NCBI GenBank assembly: GCA_950097015.1
Contig: CATNEN010000008.1
Coordinates: 3,286,001-3,350,000, forward strand
Direction of reading: 5' to 3'
Length of the DNA stretch: 64,000 nt
Origin: Macrostomum hystrix
Taxonomy: Eukaryota; Animalia; Platyhelminthes
The position numbers and the translations under genes are program-made. Each line of letters begins with the position of its first letter. The stretch's first letter is position 1. The notes beneath the pieces were generated by a model that saw only the letters and a list, made by a program, of their open reading frames with translations, was not told where the DNA came from and did no database searches. Shown one piece after another: positions 32,503 through 53,330 of this stretch.

Positions 32503-35500
32503 GATCGGCCAGATGGACAGCCCTGCCAGTGGCTACCAGACGGTGGAGTTGTCGGTATCGTCAACGACAACATTTCAAATAACCCGGCTTCGAACCCGCT
32601 GCTGCCACCGCCGCCGGCTCCGGATGCCATCGAAATCCTGGACTCTCTGAATGAGCGCGGCCGGGTCCGGTTTACCGTGCGCTCATCGCTGCCCTCCTGC
32701 CCGGCTCCAACAGCTCTGCAGGCCCGAGTCTCCGTCACTCGCTGGCACGAGGAATTTGTTAGGCTGGCGCGTCGCCTCGCCGACACGGAGGCCTACGCGG
32801 GCTGTCTGGTGCCGCAGGCGCCGCAGACGCCGGACTTTGCCGGCACTCGGGCTAAGCTGACCCGATTGAAGTCCAGCAGCGCCTCCAGCCAGCTCACTAG
32901 CGAAGAGTACGGCCGACTCAAACTGGAGATCGAAGGGTGAGTTGGAGTTTTTGTGAAGCCTGGTTTCTACTGGTTCTCTACCATCAGAAAAAATTTGAAC
33001 GCCCGAAATCTCTAAACGAGCTTGAAGAATCAAACGTCTGTTTTTCTAAACTCCGAAGCAAATTTTCTTCAAATGCAATCTTTTTTTCGAGCAGTGAATA
33101 CCGGCACGTGTTCAAGAAGGCCATCTCTAGTCACGTGTCTTTTCTGCGAACCATCGCCGAGCATCCGAGATTGCGTCACGATCGCCACTTCCGAGACTTC
33201 CTGACGCCGAAGGAGGATATGGGACCTGCTGAAACTGTGAGAACCTCGAATATTTTTATGGATGCATTTAGGCTAGCCACTATTCCATCCAGGTGTGTCT
33301 GTAGACTACTAGTCCATCCAGGTGTGTCTGTAGACTACTAGTCCATCCAGGTGTGTCTGTAGACTACAAGTCCATCCAGGTGTGTCTGTAAAATACTAGT
33401 CCATCCAGGTGTGTCTATAAAATACTAGTCCATCCACGTGTGTCTGTAGACTACAAGTCCATCCAGGTGAGTTTGTAAAATACTAGTCCATCCACGTGTG
33501 CCCGTAGAATACAAGTCCATCCAGGTGTGTCTCTAGACTAATAGTCCATCCAGGTGTGCCCGTAGACTACTAGTCTATCCAGGTGTCTCTAGACTACTAG
33601 TCCATCCTGGTGTGTCTGTAAAATACTAGTCCATCCAGGTGTGTCTGGTGACTACTAGTCCATCCAGGTGTGTCTGTAAAATACTAGTCCATCCAGGTGT
33701 CTCTAGACTACTAGTCCATCCAGGTGTGTCTCTAGACTACTAGTCCGTCCACGTGTGTGTGTAGACTGCCACGTGATTTTGAACTACGGTGACATTTCCG
33801 GGTTGAACCCGCAGTCTCACAGCGCACAGTTGAGCACAGTGAGCTCAGGCGCCAAGCAGCGGATGCAGAGTCTGCTCCAGTCTGGCATCCTGACTGCCAT
33901 CGACAGTTCGATGGTGCCTAGAATCCTGGGTGGCAGCGACACGGCAAGTACAGATTCGGACGGTGACGAGTTCTTTGCAGCACAGCGACGCTTCGCTACC
34001 GGCTATTCTCGAGCGCTGCTGCCCACCTTGCGGTGCCTGGACCGGCTAACACTGCTCCAGAAGAGTGCGTGAGCAGTTTGCTTCGTTTGGCTTAGGTCTG
34101 CTTTTGTCCTAGTGGGTCAGGATGTGTTTCAGTGGGTCAGGATGTGTTTCAGTGGGTCAGGATGTGTTTCAGTGGGTCAGGATGTGTTTCAGTGGGTCAG
34201 GTTGTGTTTCAGTGGGTCAGGTTGTGTTTCAGTGGGTCAGGTTGTGTTTCAGTGGGTCAGGTTGTGTTTCAGTGGGTCAGGATGTGTTTCAGTGGGTCAG
34301 GTTGTGTTTCAGTGGGTCAGGTTGTGTTTCAGTGGGTCCAGTTGTGTTTCAGTGGGTCAGGTTGTGTTTCAGTGGGTCAGGATGTGTTTCAGTGGGTCAG
34401 GTTGTGTTTCAGTGGGTCAGGTTGTGTTTCAGTGGGTCCAGTTGTGTTTCAGTGGGTCAGGTTGTGTTTCAGTGGGTCAGGTTGTGTTTCAGTGGGTCAG
34501 GTTGTGTTTCAGTGGGTCAGGTTGTGTTTCAGTGGGTCAGGTTGTGTTTCAGTGGGTCAGGTTGTGTTTCAGTGGGTCAGGTTGTGTTTCAGTGGGTCAG
34601 GTTGTGTTTCAGTGGGCCCAGTTGTGTTTCAGGGGGGTCAGGATGTGTTTCAGTGGGTCAGTTTGTGTTTCAGTGGGTCAGGATGTGTTTCAGTGGGTCA
34701 GGATGTGTTTCAGTGGGCCAGGATGTGTTTGAGTGGGTCACTGGGTCGGGATATGTTTCCGTGGGTCAGGATGTGTTTCAGTGGGTCAGTATATTATTTT
34801 AAATATCCTTGCCTCTACAGACACCGCTGAGGGCTTAATTCGTTTGTCCATCGCGGCACAGGACTGCTCCAAGATTGAACAAGTCGACAGCCTCGCAGAG
34901 TAAGTTGCACCCCAATTTCTTGCAACTTTCACAACTGACTACTTACAGTGGTATAAGCGTGATGAAGCAAGCGAAAATAAGTTGTTTCACAAATTAAATT
35001 TACTAAATTAGTTGCTCACACAACCTCGTCTTCGCGTCGCGTCATCACGTCACTTTGATGCTTGACCCTAAGTGGCGTTTGTCATTTATTTTAGTTGTTT
35101 GTTGCATTTTTATTGTCCTTTTCTGTTACGCAGCGCCCTGCGCTTTTTCGGCGACCACTGCGAGTTCTATCGACGCGCCGAAGCCCAGCTAGCCAGCGAG
35201 TTGGACAGCGGACTCGGCTACAGTCTGCATCGTCTGGCAGCCGACTGCTCCGCTGTTCTCGCCCTGCTTGATCGTCGGCGGCGTCTGACGGCCAGTTTGG
35301 ACGCCGCCGCCTATCGGCTGCGTCGAGCGCGTCAGCCTTCCGAAGAGGCGGAAGCTGCGAAGGTGCGCCTGGCCGCCTTTCATCGGCTAAACGAAGTGAC
35401 GGATGATGCTCGGTTGGAGCTATTAAGATTTCGCAAGCACTGGCTGCTGGCCCTCTGTGCCAAGCTGGTCGACACCGGAGAGCTGCGGATTGGCCACGCC

Positions 35501-35856
35501 AGGGTGAGGAAGATGGGGTGGTGGGCACCAACGTACATTTGTGGTGGCAGAGAGCTAACCGTAGCGTACAGTGGATAGCCGTTCGATTTGATGCTATTTT
35601 TAGCACAAAAGGCAAGCTTAGATAGCGGATTTCTAATAATGTAAGTTTTAGCGAAATGTGGATTAGAGAGAAGGAAGACAACATGCTGAGGGTTTAAAGG
35701 AAGGCATCGAGAGTCTTATCAGGTCCAAAATGGTGGAAACTTCAGTTAATTGCATTATTTGAAATGCGACTAAAATACGAACTCGAGAAATATATTTCAT
35801 TTCAGAGTCAAGTCGGTCTGCTGCAACAAACTATAACCAATCTTAGAAATGTCTAG
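32503..35856 (+). CDS. Sorting nexin 5/6/32-like PX-BAR protein; 5' start unresolved
   Basis: Exons 32503-32936, 33095-33236, 33815-34064, 34821-34899, 35134-35503, 35806-35856, phases consistent. Motifs LDSLNERGRVRFTV, VTRWHEEF, EAYAGCLVPQAPQTPDFAGTRAKL, EYRHVFKK, HPRLRHDRHFRDFL, DEFF, ARLELLRFR parallel the SNX5/6 PX insertion and BAR helices. Confidence 0.85.
33283..33755. repeat. 29-bp minisatellite in the SNX intron
   Basis: CTACTAGTCCATCCAGGTGTGTCTGTAGA; period 29 at 33301/33330. Confidence 0.93.
34111..34790. repeat. 20-bp minisatellite in the SNX intron
   Basis: About 33 copies of AGTGGGTCAGG(T/A)TGTGTTTC. Confidence 0.96.
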
Positions 35857-36309
35857 AGTAAATGTGAACAAACTTCACGATTTTAAATCGTTTAATGCCT
35901 ATTCGTGCTGCAATAACCACGACGAAAAAGCTTTGTGTCAACTTTAGGTGTTTTAGCTGTTGTGTTAAAGCTTCCAGTAAGCATTAATTATCGTCATTTT
36001 TGTTGTGACGGCGTTTTTTAATTGTCTATTTTCCCATTGTCGTGCTTTTTGAATGCATGCGAGCTTTTGTTTGTCTTTTTTACTGATATTTTGTACTTTC
36101 GTTCTCGAAAGCAACAATTACTGAAGTATAAAGAAATGGCACGCTTGAAGAATTACTTCTTTGAAACTAAAACAAACTGAATGAGGACAATTAGGCTGGA
36201 GTAAAGGGAAAGTTATGAGGCTGGAATGGAAAAATGCACACTGAGAGTAGAGGGTTTGAGGGAAAGCAAGTACATTGAGGGATTTACACTAGGGGGTGTA
36301 GTTCATTGA

Positions 36310-37255
36310 ATGAGGGCTGAAGAACGTAGGCTGAAGGAATGTACAATGGAGGGTAGACGGTTGAAGGAGGGAAAGAACGTAGGCTGAAGGAATGTACAAT
36401 GGAGGGTAGACCGTTGAAGGAGGGAACGAACGTAGGCTGAAGGAATGTACAATGGAGGGTAGACGGTTGAAGGAGGGAAAGAACGTAGGCTGAAGGAATG
36501 TACAATGGAGGGTAGACCGTTGAAGGAGGGAAAGAACGTAGGCTGAAGGAATGTACAATGGAGGGTAGACGGTTGAAGGAGGGAAAGAACGTTGGCTGAA
36601 TGAATGTACAATGGAGGGTAGACGGTTGAAGGAGGGAAAGAACGTAGGCTGAAGGAATGTACAATGGAGGGTAGACCGTTGAAGGAGGGAAAGAACGTAG
36701 GCTGAAGGAATGTACAATGGAGGGTAGACCGTTGAAGGAGGGAACGAACGTAGGCTGAAGGAATGTACAATGGAGGGTAGACGGTTGAAGGAGGGAAAGA
36801 ACGTAGGCTGAAGGAATGTACAATGGAGGGTAGACCGTTGAAGGAGGGAAAGAACGTAGGCTGAAGGAATGTACAATGGAGGGTAGACGGTTGAAGGAGG
36901 GAAAGAACGTTGGCTGAAGGAATGTACAATGGAGGGTAGACCGTTGAAGGAGGGAAAGAACGTAGGCTGAAGGAATGTACAATGGAGGGTAGACGGTTGA
37001 AGGAGGGAAAGAACGTAGGCTGAAGGAATGTACAATGGAGGGTAGACGGTTGAAGGAGGGAAAGAACGTTGGCTGAAGGAATGTACAATGGAGGGTAGAC
37101 CGTTGAAGGAGGGAAAGAACGTAGGCTGAAGGAATGTACAATGGAGGGTAGACGGTTGAAGGAGGGAAAGAGCGTTGGCTGAATGAATGTACAATACAGG
37201 GTAGACGGTTGAATGAGGGAACGAACATAGGCTGAAGGAATATACAATGGAGGGC
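36310..37255. repeat. 53-bp minisatellite (~18 copies) downstream of the SNX gene
   Basis: AACGTAGGCTGAAGGAATGTACAATGGAGGGTAGACGGTTGAAGGAGGGAAAG; period 53 at 36323/36376. Confidence 0.96.
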
Positions 37256-38552
37256 ATCCTTAAGTGATAAATTCATTTTTAACTGCTCCTAAGAGGAACT
37301 GTTTTTAATTCTATAGTTGAAGAAAACACAGATGTTGAGATTCTTAGTGATAGTTTGTCGAACTATATTCACAATATCATTTTTGAGAGTGCATTGTTGT
37401 AAACACTATATATCTACAAGCATAGTTTTACTACTATCGGCAGCTTTATAATACGATCTTGAGTTCGCAGGGTTTCTGATGGCATATTTTCAAATATGCA
37501 TTCTTTTTACATAAATTTAATTCCCAGATTTTATAATTGTGTAGTCGTTTTTTAGCGGAAATTAAGCACCTTTCTTTAACCATCATTCAATGAGATCAAA
37601 CCAACAACGATTTTTTAAGTACAATTAAAACTTCCGTCTTCACTGTGTTTTAATTGCAAAGAATATTAATTTACTCGTTAATCTATTTTATACTACGCTC
37701 GTATTTACGTGTTTTGTCTGTCTCGTCCATGGTTATACATCCGATTTTTTTGTTTAAAGTGTTTGTTTTTCGCTTTTGGTCTTAAGTGTAAAATATTTCA
37801 AGACAAAAAATGACCTTGAGAAATTTCCATCGCACTATTTATGAAACTATGATTTTTATAAACTTGAGATTATAAACTATAAAGAAAAGGTTTTGGAACC
37901 AGATTTTTGTTTTTAGCTAGATTTAAGAATTATTAAATATATTGATTTCTATGCAGGTCTAAGCTTAGTCTTCCTCTCTGAATTATTCAAGCGTTCTAAC
38001 CTTTACTACAATTCTGTTCTGTCTATGTGTTGTACTTTTCTGAGCTTTGCCGGCTTTGAAAACATGCTTAAAGCTTTTGAAATGATAATGACGATGATAA
38101 TACGAATACTGACTAATATACTGACTAATATACTGACTAATATACTGACTATATTAATGCGTGGCTAGTCCTTGCGGTCATTTCTTGGATTCATTTTTCA
38201 TGTTGTTGTTGCAATAGATTCTTTTTCCACACAATCTTTGTTTTCGAAAGTAATTCACCGATTTTTTTATGTCAAGAAGTACTTTACTTGCATTCATCCA
38301 CTGATTTTTTCCATTCATGTTAAAATTGATTCTTAAAATTGAAACAGCTGTTTGTGATAGAACTTTTTAAATGTTTATAAAAAATATACTTTTTTGTGGA
38401 CGTCTACTATACTTTTTTTTATATTGCTGAAATTTAAGCACCCTGTTGTGTGGTTACCATGGTAATTAAAAATGCTCTCGTTTTTACTCATAATTTATTT
38501 TTTGTACTTGTTGTCAGTGGGATATGGATTGGATTTGCAATCGTGGGAAATC

Positions 38553-40272
38553 AGGTCAGTGGGCAACTGGGTCAGTGGCAACTGGGTCAGTGGGTAACTG
38601 GGTCAGTGGCAACTGGGTCAGTGGGAACTGGGTCACTGGGGAACTGGGTCAGTGGCAACTGGGTCAGTGGGTAACTGGGTCAGTGGCAACTGGGTCAGTG
38701 GGGAACTGGGTCACTGGGGAACTGGGTCAGTGGGGAACTGGGTCAGTGGCAACTGGGTCAGTGGGCAACTGGGTCAGTGGGCAACTGGGTCAGTGGGGAA
38801 GTGGGTCACTGGGGAACTGGGTCACTGGGGAACTGGGGAACTGCGTCAGTGGCAACTGGGTCAGTGGGGAACTGGATCACTGGGGAACTGGGTCACTGGC
38901 AACTGGGTCAGTGGGTAACTAGGTCAGTGGCAACTGGGTCAGTGGGCAACTGAGTCAGTGGGGAACTGGGTCAGTGGGCAACTGGGTCAGTGGGGAACTG
39001 GTTCACTGGGGAACTGGGTCACTGGGCAACTGGGTCAGTGGGGAACTGGGTCACTGGGGAACTGGGTCACTGGGGAACTGGGTCAGTGGCAACTGGGTCA
39101 GTGGGGAACTGGGTCTGTGGCAACTGGGTCAGTGGGCAACTGGGTCAGTGGCAATTGGGTCAGTGGGCAACTGAGTCAGTGGGGAACTGGGTCAGTGGGG
39201 AACTGGGTCACTGGGGAACTGGGTCAGTGGGGAACTGGGTCAGTGGGCAACTGGGTCAGTGGGCAACTGGGTCAGTGGGGAACTGGGTCAGTGCGGAACC
39301 GGGTCAGGGGGAACTGGGTCAGTGGCAACTGGGTCAGTGGGGAACTGGGTCAGTGGGCAACTGGGTCAGTGGGCAACTGAGTCAGTGGGGAACTGGGTCA
39401 GTGGGCAACTGGGTCAGTGGGGAACTGGTTCACTGGGGAACTGGGTCACTGGGCAACTGGGTCAGTGGGGAACTGGGTCACTGGGGAACTGGGTCACTGG
39501 GGAACTGGGTCAGTGGCAACTGGGTCAGTGGGGAACTGGGTCTGTGGCAACTGGGTCAGTGGGCAACTGGGTCAGTGGCAATTGGGTCAGTGGGGAACTG
39601 GGTCAGTGGGGAACTGGGTCACTGGGGAACTGGGTCAGTGGGGAACTGGGTCAGTGGGCAACTGGGTCAGTGGGCAACTGGGTCAGTGGGGAACTGGGTC
39701 ACTGGGGAACTGGGTCAGTGGGGAACTGGGTCAGTGGGCAACTGGGTCAGTGGGCAACAGGGTCACTGGGGAACTGGGTCACTGGGGAACTGGGTCACTG
39801 GGGAACTGGGTCACTGGCAACTGGGTCAGTGGGTAACTAGGTCAGTGGCAACTGGGTCAGTGGGCAACTGAGTCAGTGGGGAACTGGGTCAGTGGGCAAC
39901 TGGGTCAGTGGGGAACTGGTTCACTGGGGAACTGGGTCACTGGGGAACTGCGTCAGTGGCAACTGGGTCAGTGGGGAACTGGATCACTGGGGAACTGGGT
40001 CACTGGGGAACTGGGTCACTGGCAACTGGGTCAGTGGGTAACTAGGTCAGTGGCAACTGGGTCAGTGGGCAACTGGGTCAGTGGGCAACTGGGTCAGTGG
40101 GCAACTGGGTCAGTGGGCAACTGGGTCAGTGGGCAACTGGGTCAGTGGGCAACTGGGTCAGTGGCAACTGAGTCAGTGGGGAACTGGGTCAGTGCGGAAC
40201 CGGGTCAGGGGGAACTGGGTCAGTGGGCAACTGGGTCAGTGGGCAACTGGGTCAGTGGCAACTGGGTCAGTG
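38553..40272. repeat. 15/16-bp G-rich minisatellite (AACTGGGTCAGTGGG(C/G)) with a ~427-bp internal duplication
   Basis: Direct inspection; identical variant blocks start at 38990 and 39417. Confidence 0.96.
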
Positions 40273-41168
40273 GTGAGATTGCTCAACAGGTGCAAGCCTT
40301 CTGAGCTTAGCTCATCTTTCAGAACGAGAGCTAATAAGTCTGACTACAGATAAAATTGCAGATGCAGTTATTTAAAATTAAATATGGCTGATAGCCATAT
40401 TAAATATAGTCGAAATTTGTAGCGGTGAAACGAGGCGCAAATTGCTTGCAATTATGATCTATTTGAACAGACAGTGGCTTGTCAAGAGCGTTAAATTCAA
40501 TAAGCGCATTATAGAATTGTTTGAGCTTTTAATACGCCTGGCAGCCTGGTGTGGGCTTTCACCTGAGCAGGTGAGACAACAAGCTGTCATTGGTCCCGTG
40601 GCTCTGTCGCATCCTTATTGACAGGTGCTCAGGTGTATTTAGTGACAGACGGTCACTAAATTTCTGAGAAATACAATGCCAGCCCGACAGCTCTTATTGC
40701 ATTGCAGTCTGTGAGACACATTGTTCTGCAACTGCGGTGAGAACAGTACCATCGACTTGTAAGCCGTAGATTAAATCGTTAAAACAGACTTTAGCTTAGT
40801 TAATTAACTGTTATTTTTTTGTTATCGTTACTTTTTAAACTTAATATATTAAATTTCTCTCAAGATAATCCTTAATTTTAAACTTTGGTTGTCTTTTTGT
40901 TTTAATCGTTGTGTTTTTATCTTCGTAAGTTTAAAGTCCTTTCGAGGTAATAGTACTTTGGCGATTTTAGCTATTCCAAAGATGATTAACGGATCTTTTT
41001 AAGTCGGTTTATATACCATTATTGTTTTAATTGAAGTAATTAAAACTGTAAAGTGAAGTTAAATAGCTCGTATAGTTGACTAAAGAGTAAAAAGCCAAAC
41101 AGCATAGTTTTTTCTTGTTGGCGGTAACTTTTCAGGTGAATAGCGTGGTAGCAGAGACGGCAAACACA

Positions 41169-43753
41169 ATGCGACTCAAACTAGTGCTCATCACGCTCTG
41201 CGGCCTGTCAATCAGCGTTGCTGGTGAGGGGGCGTTGGGCACAAAAAAGTCACAAATTCACAATTGTTTCATCGGTTTGAGCACTCAGACCATTGTTTAC
41301 AGTTGTTAACTGTATACTATGCTCACTGTTAAACTTAAATTTATCTAAATCGCATTGGATTCCAGAATCGGTGAATACATTCCCAGTGTAGGTGAATACA
41401 TTCCTTGTGTCGGTGAAGCATTCCTAGAATGGGTGAATACATTCCTTGTGTGGGTGAATACATTCCTTGTGTCGGTGAAGCATTCCTAGAATGGGTGAAT
41501 TCATTCCCAGTGTGGGTGAATACATTCCCAGTGTGGGTGAATACATTCCTTGTGTCCGTGAAGCATTCCTAGAATGGGTGAATACATTCCCAGTGTGGGT
41601 GAATACATTCCTAGAATGAGTGAATACATTCCTTGTGTCGGTGAAGCATTCCTAGAATGGGTGAATACATTCCCAGTGTGGGTGAATACATTCCTAGAAT
41701 GAGTGAATACATTCCTTGTGTCGGTGAAGCATTCCTAGAATGGGTGAATACATTCCCAGTGTGGGTGAATACAAGCTACATTCCCAGAATGGGTGAATAC
41801 ATTCCTAGAGTGGGTGAATACATTCACTGTGTGTTTGAATGCATTCCCTGTATGGGTGAATACATTCCCAGAATGGGTGAATAAATTCCTAGTGTGTGTG
41901 AATACATTCCCGGAATGGGTGAAGGCATCTCAAGAGAGAGCAAATAATTTTCTCAGAGCGTGATTCTCTCGAACGGTGAACCACCGATTCTCCTTTTTTG
42001 CCGCTCTTGAGTGCTCAACCGTGAGTTATAGCAGTCACTGATCCCATAGTTACAGCAGTCACTGATCCCATAGTTACAGCAGCCACTGATCCCATAGTTA
42101 TAGCAGTCACTGATCCCATAGTTACAGCAGTCACTGATCCCATAGTTATAGCAGTCACTGATCCCATAGTTACAACAGTCACTGATCCCATAGTTACAGC
42201 AGTCACTGATCCCATAGTTATAGCAGTCACTGATCCCATAGTTATAGCAGTCACTGATCCCATAGTTATAGCAGTCACTGATCCCATAGTTACAACAGTC
42301 ACTGATCCCATAGTTACAGCAGTCACTTATCCCATAGTTACAGCAGTCACTTATCCCATAGTTACAGCAGTCACTTATCCCATAGTTACAGCAGTCACTG
42401 ATCCCATAGTTACAGCAGTCACTGATCCCATAGTTATAGCAGTCACTGATCCCATAGTTATAGCAGTCACTGATCCCATAGTTATAGCAGTCACTGATCC
42501 CATAGTTACAACAGTCACTTATCCCATAGTTACAGCAGTCACTTATCCCATAGTTACAGCAGTCACTTATCCCATAGTTACAGCAGTCACTTATCCCATA
42601 GTTACAGCAGTCACTGATCCCATAGTTACAGCAGTCACTGATCCCATAGTTACAGCAGTCACTTAACACTGATCACAATTGCCTCAGGCCAGTCTGAGGA
42701 AGCATTGTGCAGCGAGGTGATGGCCTTTCCCTACGGACCATTCTCTGCATTTTTCTGGGCTCTGACCAGTGACGGCACGAACCGAGTCGCCATCTCGACC
42801 ACGCTGCCGTACCTACGGCTGAAGATTGTCCCGCCGCTCGATGGCACAGCCGACGCCGTCTCGCTAGTGACAGTCGGTCCAGATCCGGGTCGCTACATTC
42901 AACTCAACGACGTTAACGAAGTGAACTTGGCTGCGCCTCCTGCAGCTGGCAGCACGAGCAACGTCAGTAGTCAGTTCAACCGCAGCTCGAGCTACCTGAT
43001 GTTGATCGCCAACGAATTCTGTCGCCATCTTCGGCTCGGAATCGCCCAGATGCCACTGCAGCTGGTGCTGCGGCATCAGTACTACATCCTGAAGGCCTCG
43101 CCGTTCGACAGTGCGGACGGGTTGTTTCTCGCCGATTCTGCTTTGACATTTCACTGCATCAACTGTAAGTCACACAATTCAGATGATTGGCTACCTGAGG
43201 CTAACTTCAAGTCAGTTTAAATTTCGCACGTCATCAACTGTCTGCAGACACTCGGCGCTGTCCTAATCAGCACAGACTCCAGGTGTCCGGAGACAGCTAT
43301 CTATATTGTGCCATAAACGGCTCGAGTTGTCAGCTGGTGACATCCTCTTTAAGTGCAACTGTGTTCAAAGAGCTGCCTGGCCTAAGCGGAGCTCCGGCCG
43401 CGGTGTCCTTTCAATCGGCCACCAACTCGAGCTACTATCTGTACGCAGTGCTGGGCGACAACCTTCGTCTTGTTCAAAGTGACGCCACCTCCAGCTTTTT
43501 CATTGCGGCCACATTTCGATTGGGTTACGTGACAGACTCCGGTCCGGCTGACTGTGGGAACTATCGTCTACTACTTACTGGCGCGGACGCCAGCGTTCTG
43601 AAGCCTGACGGCAGCGGCAATCTCGTAGCTGTGGCATGGAACTCTGGCGATTATGTAGGCAGCGCAAATCTGTCCCTCAAATGCGAGCTTGGTGAGAATA
43701 TACTGCCTACATTTCTTGTTATCTGCTAAATTCGTACAGATTCACTCGAATGA
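41169..43753 (+). CDS. Secreted protein with two AbfB/CBM42-like (beta-trefoil) domains
   Basis: Signal-peptide exon 41169-41223 (MRLKLVLITLCGLSISVA), exons 42688-43164 and 43248-43691 (all phase 1), tentative last exon 43740-43753. LKIVPPLDGTADAVSL, LVLRHQYYILKASPFDSADGLFLADSAL and ATVFKELPGLSGAPAAVSFQSATNSSYYL..SSFFIAATF resemble AbfB subrepeats (recalled consensus, no search run). Confidence 0.65.
41368..41925. repeat. 20/21-bp minisatellite in intron 1 of the AbfB-like gene
   Basis: GGTGAATACATTCC(CAGTGTG/TTGTGTC/TAGAATG) units. Confidence 0.93.
42025..42663. repeat. 24-bp minisatellite in intron 1 of the AbfB-like gene
   Basis: About 26 copies of CAGCAGTCACTGATCCCATAGTTA. Confidence 0.96.
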
Positions 43754-44657
43754 AAAGGAAGCTGTAAGTATATGGGTAAGTAATTTTGCCTTAACTATGC
43801 TTTTTGCACTATGATATAGCATAAATAAAAGGTATTTTAAGAGCAGCAGTGCATTATGCGCATTCATTTTCGAGCACGACAACGTAAATAATTTACAAGT
43901 CGCATATCAACACTAAAGTACAGTTTGCCTTCGCAGAAGGCGTATTTATACAGTTTTTTTCAATATGTGTAATAACATTTCGACTTTACGACTATAATAA
44001 TCATGTTTTCGGTAAGCCAGTCTGACTGCATAATATAGGATTAGATTTTAAAGCTGATATTGTATTGTACTAGTTAAATAGCTTGAATTTTGCAGTGAAA
44101 GAAGCAATTAGGTGTCTGCATCTCATAGCTTTCAGCGTTTAAAGGCATTGCTTGTCAGATATATATATATATATATTTGTTGTTCTATTCGAGAATGGTA
44201 TTGTAGTGTTCTCGGCCGATAATAATCATTCCACAACAAATGTCGGCACATTTCTCTGCTCGGATTTTTCCGGAATCGTTAAAAGATAACAAACTATTAT
44301 CCTAAGCACATATCAAAATACTTTTACGCCAATAAATTAAGATCAAATCCTCAAATCAAACACAAGATCTTAAAGTCAGATAACTTTTTTTCTAATATAC
44401 ACTAGAATTCATAAGATTCAAATTTCTCGCCATTTTCTTCTTAAAAAATTATTGTTCACAGTCACGTGCAAATAACATTGCTTAGATTCCGCTTCTATTT
44501 TTACCAACAAAAACTTTTTGTGGTTTTTGCCGTGGCCTTTGCCTTCATATTTTCATAGCTGTCTTTGCTATAACATTTAGAGGTAGCAAAAAAAGACAGT
44601 AAAAGTAAACAGTTATTAAGTTTCTCTAAAGACCAAAATATTACAAGTCAGAAAAGG

Positions 44658-52483
<7,826 letters not shown>

Positions 52484-52597
52484 AGCTTGATGAGGCCTCG
52501 CTGGAAACTGGCTTGACGGTCCGATTCAGTTTAACTTGTTGCTGTCGCCCCTTTGACTCTTTAATAACTGCCTTACTTATTATCACTTATTGCACTT

Positions 52598-53330
52598 CCT
52601 ATCTGTCACTCTGCCTCTCTTATCTGTCACTCTGCCTCTCTTATCTGTCACTCGGCATGTCTCTCTTATCTGTAACTCGGCCTCCTCATCTGTCACTCGG
52701 CCTCCGTATCGGTCACTCGGCCTCCTTATCTGTAACTCGGCCTTCTTATCTGTCACTCTGCCTCCTTATCTGTCACTCTGCCTCCTTATCTGTCACTCGG
52801 CCTCTATTATCTGTCATACGGCCTCCTTATCTGTCACACGGCCTCCTTATCTGTCACTCGGCCTCCTTATCAGTCATTCGGCCTACTTATCTGTCACACG
52901 GCCTCCTTATCTGTCACTCGGCCTCCTTATCTGTCACTCGGCCTCTATTATCTGTCATACGGCCTCCTTATCTGTCACTCGGCCTACTTATCGGTCACTC
53001 GGCCTCTATTATCTGTCATACGGCCTCCTTATCTGTCACACGGCCTCCTTATCTGTCACTCGGCCTCCTTATCTGTCACTCGGCCTCCTTATCGGTCACT
53101 CGGCCTCTATTGTCTGTCATACGGCCTCCTTATCTGTCACTCGGCCTCTATTGTCTGTTATACGGCCTCCTTATCTGTCACTCGGCCTCTATTGTCTGTT
53201 ATACGGCCTCCTTATCTGTCACTCGGCCTCTATTATCTGTCACTTGGCCTTCTCATCTGTCACTCTACCTCCTTATCTGTCACTCGGTCTACTTATCTGT
53301 CACTCTGCCTCCTTATCTGTCACTCCGTCA
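52598..53330. repeat. 20-bp minisatellite just 3' of the MCM3 stop
   Basis: GGCCTCCTTATCTGTCACTC and variants. Confidence 0.95.

Noticed and set aside
34112-34830. Three overlapping ~200-aa ORFs
   Set aside because: A stop-free 20-bp repeat read in all frames inside a well-supported SNX intron.
36284-37276. Three ~320-aa minus-strand ORFs
   Set aside because: The 53-bp monomer lacks stop triplets on that strand; periodic peptide with no flanking gene structure.
38450-40353. Gly/Trp-rich ORFs resembling ice-nucleation or adhesive repeat proteins
   Set aside because: Open in all three frames because of mixed 15/16-bp units; no consistent frame, signal peptide or splice sites.
41953-42669. 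ISDCCNYG Cys-rich repeat ORF (antifreeze- or metallothionein-like)
   Set aside because: Antisense translation of a 24-bp intronic minisatellite with no real start codon.
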